Shown here one piece after another: positions 54,790 to 64,000 of a stretch of DNA of 64,000 nt. Under the pieces are notes generated by a model that did no database searches, was not told the origin of the DNA, and saw only the letters and a program-made list of their open reading frames with translations. Origin of the DNA: Octopus sinensis (taxonomy: Eukaryota). The position numbers and the translations under genes were made by a program. Position 1 is the stretch's first letter. Every line of letters begins with the position of its first letter. Location of the stretch: contig NC_043005.1 in NCBI RefSeq assembly GCF_006345805.1, positions 65,162,001-65,226,000 of the forward strand, written 5' to 3'.

Positions 54790-55430
54790 ATGAATAATAT
54801 TTGGACAATGAAGTGGGCAGCAATCGAGGAGTTAGGAGCGGACTATGTCATAATAGGTAAATTTTTGGAGAGCAGGATGTGACAGACTATGGAATTGTTA
54901 AGCTATCAGGATGCCTCCACCCTATAGAAGTCGATGCATCATGCCACATTTTCAATCTTATCAGCCGATTTATGATCATATCGTTCCGGTGTCGCAGATT
55001 TCAAACTACTAAGACTTCGGCGAGGGGGGGGGGCGTTGATTAATTCAGAAAGTTTATTCAATGCTGTGTTGTAACCGTTGACAAACAAGTTTAGGCTGCT
55101 AAACTGGTCTGATAGTTGGATGAACGGTGACCGAGGACCAAGAATCAATTCTCATTGTTTGGTGTTTGTGGTGGGCACGGAAAGAAGGCGAACTATCTTG
55201 TGCTGTGCTGGAACTGCTTGATGTCGGTGAAGGTTCAAAAATTGTCAGAATGTGATATGAGAGAACAGTTAGTGATAAGCTTAAATTAGTCAAAATTCAG
55301 GTTGTATAATGACGACGGTGAGGAGTGAGTGTTGGAGGTAGACTGTGGGAGGAGTGGTCGAAGATGGGGTGCTGATGTGGAATAGAAATGGTAGGGGTTT
55401 ATTGGGTGGGTGTGGGAAACGTGAGGTATA
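54790..55430 (-). mobile_element. CR1/L2-like LINE fragment (region between endonuclease and RT)
   Basis: FSSLNLFVNGYNTALNKLSELINAPPPRR resembles the LVxxYNxxLxxLLDxHAP linker of CR1/L2 elements. Confidence 0.5.
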
Positions 55431-55437
55431 GGTTTAA

Positions 55438-55658
55438 CCCTTTAGTGTTCAGATTATTCTGTTAAATGTAATACTTTTTCACTCAAATTGTTTTGAATTA
55501 ATCATGCATTATCTTATAGCTTTGAGGTTTCAATGATGTGAATGTTTATTTTTAGAATGTCACTGTAGATTAGGTGTGAGAGGCTGGATATCGCCAGTTT
55601 GAATATAAAACATGTATAATATATTGGGCCGGATGTGGCCGGTTTAAACACTAAAGGG
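55438..55658. mobile_element. piggyBac-like MITE
   Basis: Bounded by TTAA|CCCTTTAGTGTT and AACACTAAAGGG|TTAA; 221 bp with perfect 12-bp TIRs. Confidence 0.92.
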
Positions 55659-55801
55659 TTAAAGTTTCAAGTTTTTGGTGTAGATGAAATCTTCGAAGAG
55701 TTGATAGCTGAAGTTTTAAATGCTGGAGAGAATACAATGGGCAAAATGTGGAGTGCAAAGAGAGGAAAGGGGAGGAGATATACATACATACTTTCATAGA
55801 G

Positions 55802-55836
<35 letters not shown>

Positions 55837-55905
55837 CATACATACATACATACATACATACATACATACATACATACATACATACATACATGCATACATA
55901 CATAC

Positions 55906-56490
55906 ACAATGACCTCAATAGAATGTAAGTACAACAGACCTGGTATAATGATTTGGGATGAAGAAGAGAAACAATGCACAGTTCTGAAAATTATCTGCCC
56001 AGGGGATGTAAACATAAAGCCGAAGATCAGTGAAAAAGAGAACAACTATGCTGAACTATTGAGAAATCTGCAGTTACTCTATCCAGATTACAAGTTCAGA
56101 TTTATACTTGTAATTATTGGGACCCTGGGATATGTAACACACTGTAAATACCCATCTTGAGAAATTAGGCTACTCAAAACCAGAAAGTAACTAATTCGAA
56201 GACTACAGATCCAATACATCACGGGAACTGTAAAAATCTGTGAAACTTTCCAGTTTATCATTTAAATATATATGAGCATGTCTAGATATGCAACTACATG
56301 CATGAGGTTAAATACATAGAACATACAAATCTGCACATACATACATACATACATACATACATACATACAAACAAACAAACAAAAATACCCTGCTGCTGAT
56401 GTTGAAATTCCAATGAAGCAGACTTGCATCTAGGTTAGAAACCGATTATTTCTCTATTGGCAAGAAATCTTGAAATAAACTAAATAATGA
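55906..56490 (+). mobile_element. 3' end of an R4/Dong-like LINE (restriction-like endonuclease)
   Basis: Translation includes YNRPGIMIWD..CTVLKIICPGD.NI..KISEKENNYAEL..L..LYP.YKF..VIIGTLG, a decayed PD-(D/E)xK RLE domain. Confidence 0.8.
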
Positions 56491-56966
56491 CATAGATACA
56501 TACATATATACATACATGAGATGTGAATATATATTTAAATTAACCACGTAACTTCCATAACGTTACGGCCGTTTCGCAATCGTATTTGTATGGCATTAAT
56601 TTCAGTATAGAATAAATCAAGACTTCTTGTTTGAATTAGTAAGCATGCTCCGCATTATACAATACAATTTTATATTCACGAATGAATGCAAATAAAGACT
56701 CTTAGCTCATCAGATCACAGGAACATCATGGTTACATCAACAATTTAACTCTAAATATACACGCATAAGAATTTTTCTCTGTAGATATACAATGTACTCC
56801 TCATGAAATAATTTCATAGATCGGATCTTCTGGACGTTCAGTTATATAGACATTCTATATACACGTCTATGTAATTGATTACCATGTAGACAGAGAGCCG
56901 AATTCGTTAAAAGAGATTTCTGTGATAGCTGTACGATTTTCTGAATCCACATTTTATACTATAAAT

Positions 56967-57006
<40 letters not shown>

Positions 57007-57205
57007 TTGTATGTGTGTGTGTGTGTATGTATGTGTGTGTATGTGTGTGTGTCTGTGTGTCTGTGTGTATGTATGTATTATCTATCTATCTCTCTCTCTC
57101 TCGCTCTCTATCTCTCTCTCTCTACGCATATATATATATATATGTGCGTACGTGTATTAATACCACTATATATATATATATACATGCAGACACACACACA
57201 CACAC

Positions 57206-57238
<33 letters not shown>

Positions 57239-57467
57239 TATATATATATATATATGTGTGTTTGTATGTGTGTGTGTGTGTGTATGTATGTGTGTGTATG
57301 TGTGTGTGTCTGTGTGTCTGTGTGTATGTATGTATTATCTATCTATCTCTCTCTCTCTCGCTCTCTATCTCTCTCTCTCTACGCATATATATATATATAT
57401 GTGCGTACGTGTATTAATACCACTATATATATATATATACATGCAGACACACACACACACACACACG

Positions 57468-57524
<57 letters not shown>

Positions 57525-57605
57525 ATATTGTGGTATTAATACACGTACGCGCCCTTATACACGCGCCCTTATACTACTCAATCCTTATACTACTCAATAT
57601 ATACA

Positions 57606-57666
<61 letters not shown>

Positions 57667-57736
57667 ATATTGTGGTATTAATACACGTACGCGCCCTTAT
57701 ACTACTCAATCCTCACACATTTACAAAACGTGTATA

Positions 57737-57773
<37 letters not shown>

Positions 57774-59564
57774 CGGGAAGTAATTATGTACACACGCTCG
57801 CGCAACCTCAAACATTTTACGGTGACTTTTACATTTCTTGTTAAGATTAGAATGAAGAGTGTTCTTCCAATGGATAAGTACGGTGCTTTACATCCAGAAA
57901 CATCTCGATCTCTCTAAAATCCATCCTTGCTCATGTCGACAGATATTTGCTTTTATGTATACATTTATTTAGATGGAGTGTATGAATAAGATATTAGCTG
58001 TTCAGTAGAAAATATTATATAGATTTAGAGGTTTGTTATGTGCTTTTAATTTTATTTAGTCGCACTTTATTTGTACGATTTTCTGTTAGCGATGTATTGG
58101 AAAGTACTTGAAGATTTTCTAATACAATCGTCGTCTAATTCAGCCAGACAATTGAAATTTTTCCAACAGTAGTAGTTTTCAAGTTACATCCTTTTATTTA
58201 AAAGTGACAGCAATAATCGATTTTCTAAGATTATTGTTATAGTCATTTGATAAAATTATTTGCAACAAAAGTAATTGGCGCAACTTTGTCTTTTCTGTGA
58301 ATGGCATGCATTATTAAACAAAAATAAAATTTAAAAAGACAGAACTTTATATCTTAATGTTTTTTTAATAACGGTATTGACGAAAAAGGATTTTGCTTAT
58401 TCTGGTTAAATTTCTTAAGGCAAGTTATTTTTAATATGTTGACATCGATTTTTATATATGATAAAGGGAGAAATTTAGGTGAGAAAATCAGTTTTCTTAC
58501 AAGTATTTTAAGTCGATTAATAAAACTAATATCGATATTTCCAAAATAACTTTTTGGGTATGTTTAGAATAGGTTCCATCATCGTAGATTAGATATAAGT
58601 TTCTAAATAGTAATTTCATTGGAAATTATTACAGTGGATGTTAACGAAACAAATACAGATTTAAAGTTGATTCCCAATTCGTTATCAACTTCAGATTTCC
58701 TGCCTTGTACTTCTGAAAGAAATTATTAATCGTTGAAACATATTCACAGTTAATTACTAAAATCTTTCCATGGCTTTGGATAAGGTTGATATCAGGCTTT
58801 TATCTGTTCTACTTCCATGGAGTTATGTAAGCAAAAAGTAAAACAATCCAATGGAAATCCAATGGAAATATCAATTTTCAAACACATCCGAAATAGGTAT
58901 GTAGGTATATGTGTATGTGTGTGTATGTGTATTAGTATATTTAGTTCTTTAAACCCAATCCTTTTAATTTTAGTTACTCGCGGAAAGAATCTCTGCCAAT
59001 ATTGTGGAATCCTCTTTTCCTTTACCATTCACACATTAGTTCTAACACGGATTAAAGTAGCCAAACAACATAAATTGATCCAAATTCGTGCCTTTAAAGC
59101 ATGAGTAAAGAAGGACAATAGCATAAAAAAATCTGAAAACGACTAAGTACCTCAAAGAAGACTTCTTTGCTTCCTTCTTAGTACTCTATTCCACACAACG
59201 CGCAGTTGGTAAACCTAAACAAAAGCTACACACTCACACTCAAATAGGTTCGCCATCATATATATCTACCAAGTAAACAATTACTTCCAGTCTCTTCAAA
59301 CCAACTAGGCCACCACCCTGACAATATCCTTTCTACTAACCTCAAGCAATATTCCTAGAATTAACCACTATCCTCAGTTAAACTCTTCAATATCTACTTC
59401 TGCTTAAATGATACCACCATTCTTTCCTTCCAAACTTTCCACATCCTAGTGTCCTCTACATTCAACTTAAGCACTTCACTCCAAATCTGTGGAAGATTCA
59501 TGAAACATAAGCCTAAAAAACATCATCCAGTGAAGTCATATTAATCTTGTTTCCAAAGACGGTG

Positions 59565-59765
59565 AGCTGGCAGAATTATTAGAACGCCGGGAAAAAAATG
59601 CTTAGCGGCATTTCGTCCGTCTTTACATTCTGAGCTCATATTCCCGCTCAAATTCTTCGCCTTTCATCCTTTCGAGAGACAAAAAATAAGTATCAGTTTG
59701 GCACCAGGGTCACTAACACCTTCCCCAAAAATTTCAGGCCTTGTGCCTGTATTACAAAAGAAATT
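59565..59765 (+). mobile_element. SINE family B copy
   Basis: GAGCTGGCAGAATTATTAG..GCCTTTCATCCTTTCGAG. Confidence 0.65.
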
Positions 59766-60560
59766 AATCTTGTTTCCTTAAACAATACATGTATGCAATC
59801 GCTACACATATAAAACACATTATTGTACATTACGGACTTAATCACAAACATGAACAATATACAACTATAAACCTTATGATCGATTCAAATGTTACTCCTC
59901 ACCATCACTGCAGATCTCTAAATGAATGCAAAACAGCCGGTCATTTTCCATTAAATCACACCCTATTGACTTCAAAAGGATGCATTTGCTAATATAAACT
60001 AGATACATTATCATGACAGCCAAAAATACTTCAGCCACTAAACTACAAACCGGCTACGGAGCTCAGATGAGAACTAAAACTAGGGCGTTGTTCCGACATT
60101 TGGAATGTTATCCTTGATTTTGCTAATCTTCCTGCTACACACACAGGCATACTAAAATTCACGCAGAGAAAGACCACTCCACTGACTTGAATGAAATTGT
60201 TCATAAGCACACACCAAACTAGGTAATAATAAAAGAAGAGACATCGTTTCACTATCTGTTGTCTCTTTTCTTTTTCGTTTTCACTCCTACAACAGGGATC
60301 TCTACTCCTCAGAATTTTCTGTTTCCGCACCATTTCCATTCACTCACTTTCGATTCGCTCGCCTCTCCTCCTGTCACCCACCCATATTTTTTAATCCATC
60401 TCGGTCGCTGTACTAACATCTGTGCTCAGACATTATATCTCCAGAAGCTCAATGCTCCGGATTAAGATCCTTGCACATGATGGAGGGTTTCTCGGCAGGA
60501 ATCTTGTCAGTCTTGGAGGGGCTACTACGAAGGTCATGAGCACTGCTTCTTTCTCTAGAC

Positions 60561-60754
60561 CAGTGCTTCTTAATCTGTGAGTTGCGGCCCCATTTGGGGT
60601 GGCAAAGTGAAAAGCTGGGGTCGCGAAAATTAGATTTAAATACTTGAATTTCATTTTTTATGTTATTTCACAATCGCATATTTAATACCTGGAGTCGGGA
60701 AATATCTCGTGATGAAAAATGGGGTCATAAATGAAAACATTTTAAGAAGCGCTG
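60561..60754. mobile_element. hAT (Charlie-type) MITE
   Basis: TIRs CAGTGCTTCTTAA and TTAAGAAGCGCTG; 8-bp flanks CTCTAGAC and CTCTAAAC (one mismatch). Confidence 0.88.
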
Positions 60755-60884
60755 CTCTAAACCAAACCAATAAAAAATATAAATGTGAAATAAGAAATTA
60801 AGAAAATAATTTTGAAGATATTATATACCACGTTTATTTATTCATTACTTTAAATCAGAAAAACATGACTATAATGTGTGTTAG

Positions 60885-61045
60885 TTAGTTAGTTAGTTAA
60901 TTTGGCTCAAAAGCAAATAGCAAGGCCATGTAGGGGGACATGGAGTTAAGTACAGGGTGGTGTTCATGTAAAGAGTTCAGGCCACTTGAGGTCAAGGGAG
61001 GCTTTGAACAAAGCGGTCGTCGGCATCTTCACCATCTCGTCTGGC
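60885..61045 (-). mobile_element. CR1/L2-like LINE 3' end with (TAAC)n tail
   Basis: KLPDEMVKMPTTALFKASLDLKW, resembling the WNxLP..FK..LD C-terminus, followed by TAAC repeats. Confidence 0.6.
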
Positions 61046-61069
61046 AGCTTGTGTGTGTGTATGTGTTCG

Positions 61070-61121
<52 letters not shown>

Positions 61122-62184
61122 TGTGTGTTAAATAAGATGCTGAACTGCACATATGCTTTTTCAGAAATAATCCTTTATATCTTTATTAATAATAATATTT
61201 ACTGTAAAATTTTACCAACACGCAGAAAGTGTTAAAATTGAATGTTACAAAAATAGTAGAACATGATCTTTCTTGAAAATAAATAACCATTTCTTAGCAA
61301 ATGACTGGAAATATTTGTGTAATTATTGCTCTGTCTATAGATCGATCGAAATATTTCGAGTTGAGACATAATCAGCGGATATCTATGACTTGGAAGAGGA
61401 CATATTGTCCGGTATCATTGTTAACTTCAGGAGTGAAACAAGTCAATGATACGTTCTGTGTTCGAAGTTGGAAATGATTTTATTAAAGAGAAAAGGAAGT
61501 AGGCAAAATTAATTAGTGCAATAATTTCATTTGAACATTCTATATAATTATTTCTTATAAATGTATAGCCATAGCTTCATTACTATCGTCATTAATTTAT
61601 TGTCGCTTAATTATGAATTCTGCCAGTATTAAATTTTTCTTAATTCACGCTGACATTAGGGAAACAAAACTTTGCTAGAAATTTCACACAGTCAGCAACG
61701 GCTAAGAGGATACACCTTTTGTTGCATGCCAGCTTACTCGGGAGTCAGTAAATATTTTCGCTGAAAAAATATTGTTTTTTTCTCATGAACTACATAATTG
61801 CGATTTCGTACGTCTTCCTTTGCATCTAAGATTCGATTTCAAGTAATCAACCATAGGATGCCTGAAGTCAGCAACCGATTTTGCGTCCCTGACATTGATT
61901 TTGCTACTCCAAATATCTAGTTGGGCGAATATGTCTCTTTTATAGGAATATATTAGTAGTACTAGACTGGAAAAATCTGAGAACAGTGGTTCGTGTCTAA
62001 GCCAGGGTCTCGCTACTCTGCATTTGCAAACTATTTCGTTTTCATACATTGTCTCATATAAAGATATATTTATTTTATTGTTATGCACACTTTATTTTTA
62101 ATTTTTGATTATGAGCCTGCGTCTTCAATCTTTTGCCTGTACGCATACACATACGTACACACACACAAACACACACATATATGC

Positions 62185-62498
62185 ACTCCGTCGGTTACGA
62201 CGACGAGGGTCCCAGCTGATACGATCAACGGAACAGCTTGCCCGTGAAATTAACGTGCAAGTGACTGAGCAATCCACAGACACGTATACCCCTAACGTGG
62301 TTCTCAGGAGATTCAGCGTGACACAGAGTGTGACAAGGCCGGCCCTTTGAAACACAGGTAATAAACAGTTTTGCCAGCTGAGGGGACTGGAGCAACGTGA
62401 AATAAAGTGTCTTGCTCAAGGACACAACGCGTCGCCGGGAATTGAACTCACGACCTTACAATCGTGAGCCGAATGCCTTAACCACTAAGCCACGTGCC
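62185..62498 (-). mobile_element. tRNA-derived SINE, family C (V/CORE-like central domain)
   Basis: Head GGCACGTGGCTTAGTGGTTAAGGCATTCGGCTCACGA..GAGTTCAATTCCC followed by GTGTCCTTGAGCAAGACACTT..GCTCCAGTC. Confidence 0.8.
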
Positions 62499-63301
62499 TA
62501 CATATATATATATATATACATATGTGTGTGTGTATAGTAAAGTTTATATGCGAACAGAATGTAGCAGTCCTATAAAGGACGATGCTACTGTTGTTTTAGT
62601 CCCAGGAAAACATCTTTTCCAACTGACCATCGACACAGTATGTGTCTGTAAAGCATTTGGAAGGAAAGTGATCGTTCCCATCTCTAGCCTCACGTTATAC
62701 TCACAGACCTAGGTTTCTGAGTGGTTACCCGTCCTCAGTGTGAGAAAACCACAATACAGACACAGACTGATGACCAACTAGAAAATAATACATTTTCCGT
62801 TTCCCTCATTCATTATAAACTCAAGGATCACTGCGGAATTCCTGAAGTAGATACAGTGACACACTTGTATCAAAACTGTGGATGACAGCAGGTAGCCTAA
62901 ACAGTGAGCGTACCTTAATGGACATTCTACTAACCGTACACCCAAAGTCCAAATAATTATGCATACGTACACGCACACGCACACAAACACACGCTCGCGC
63001 ACACACACACAAACACACGCTCGCGCACACACATACATACACACATGCATACACACACAAACATATATATAGGAGAGTATTGTAGTTAGCTCAAAGCATT
63101 GTGTATTGCTTGTAAAGAATAAAAAAGTTTTGAACGGTACAACAATGCACTATAATACAAACAATGGGGTATATACCTGTTGTAATTTAGTCATTAAATA
63201 TATATATATATATATATAATCAGAAAATGGAGAAAACTTATGATTAACAAACAAATTGACCGACATCGGTTGATTATTTTTAATACAAAAACATCACATA
63301 T

Positions 63302-63414
63302 CATTCCTTACGGCCGTTTCTGCTTCCAATGTTAGTCGGTGCGTACGAAAGAAATTCCGAAAATAATGTTCGTCATCTTCATAACACATCCGTGGAGCTT
63401 CGTCAGAGTGAATG
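63302..63414 (-). ncRNA. Hammerhead-like motif with an approximately 70-nt stem II insertion, in a PLE-like 3' fragment
   Basis: CATTCACT-CTGACGA-A-GCTCC..(insert)..GGAAGC-A-GAAA-CGGCCG-TA-AGGAATG. Palindromic stem III ACGGCCGT, GUA site, and stem I with a one-base bulge. Confidence 0.6.
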
Positions 63415-64000
63415 CAAATATATAAAATGAAATAAACAAAGGAAAGAGGAAAGAACATGGCCCAGAGATGAGGACAGAAGGCTCAGTATATTAAAATCCT
63501 ACCTTCTTGCAGCGTGAAACTTGAAGTCAATAGGTAAAAGACTGAACTAGCAGTGATCTAGTGAAATATTTATGGGTTATTTCAATATAAAAGAAAACCG
63601 GGGTGTGTAAAGAGTAGTGAAAGGAAGCTAGTCCTAAAATAAGACAGGAATTACCAATATGTCTAGAAAAAGAATAGTACTTATGTATATATACATATAT
63701 ATGATACGCTATGTGTTCTAAATATATATTTAATACGATATGTACTTATATGTATATACACATATTCCACTTATCCTACTTTCAATAGTACACTATATTC
63801 GACTGTTACCTTTTGTATTCAACTTACGGAGAAGTATCATGTACTCATCTTTAGTCTATTTACTTCTTACACAGCATGTATTTCATTATTTAAGCAGAAC
63901 GAAAGACAGAAATAATCTGAAATTGCAGTTTGAACATTCCGAAGGCCAAAGTGTGTTGGTGCGTTCTAATGTCTGCACAAGAAATATTATTCTTCAGGAA

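Noticed and set aside
56560-56715. Minus-strand CTGATGA about 120 nt upstream of GCGAAACGGCCGTA
   Set aside because: It shares stem III with the 63.3-kb motif, but stem I does not pair and stem II is only 2 bp. Not called.

Overview
This is AT-rich, microsatellite-saturated eukaryotic DNA. The repeat families suggest a coleoid cephalopod, probably octopus (inference). The only host gene I can support is on the minus strand: a class B (secretin-family) GPCR most like CRF/DH44-type receptors. Three exons were found by hand translation and join in frame: TM1 (52572-52472), TM2/ECL1 (48269-48155) and TM3-TM4 (15249-15096). They are separated by introns of about 4.2 kb and 32.9 kb. The ectodomain and TM5-7 exons were not found. 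The rest of the window is transposon debris: one full-length Tc1 with long IR/DR ends, mariner/maT/hAT remnants, pogo/hAT/piggyBac MITEs, a Tx1-like LINE in (TTA)n, R4/Dong-like and CR1/L2 fragments, Penelope-like elements (PLEs) and three tRNA-derived SINE families. The least expected signal is a set of type I hammerhead-ribozyme (HHR) motifs: minimal forms with an extra A, forms with a long stem II, and a U3-A8 variant. The best example is a composite at about 9.0-9.4 kb made of a tRNA-like head, (AAT)n, a complete hammerhead core and a PLE-style tail, with a fold-back 5' end. The same tail recurs at 41.8 kb as a hairpin insertion with a 13-bp direct repeat. This suggests a SINE-like, ribozyme-bearing element mobilised by PLEs. 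Most ORFs in the supplied track are microsatellite artefacts. All alignments and foldings were done by eye, and no database search was run.
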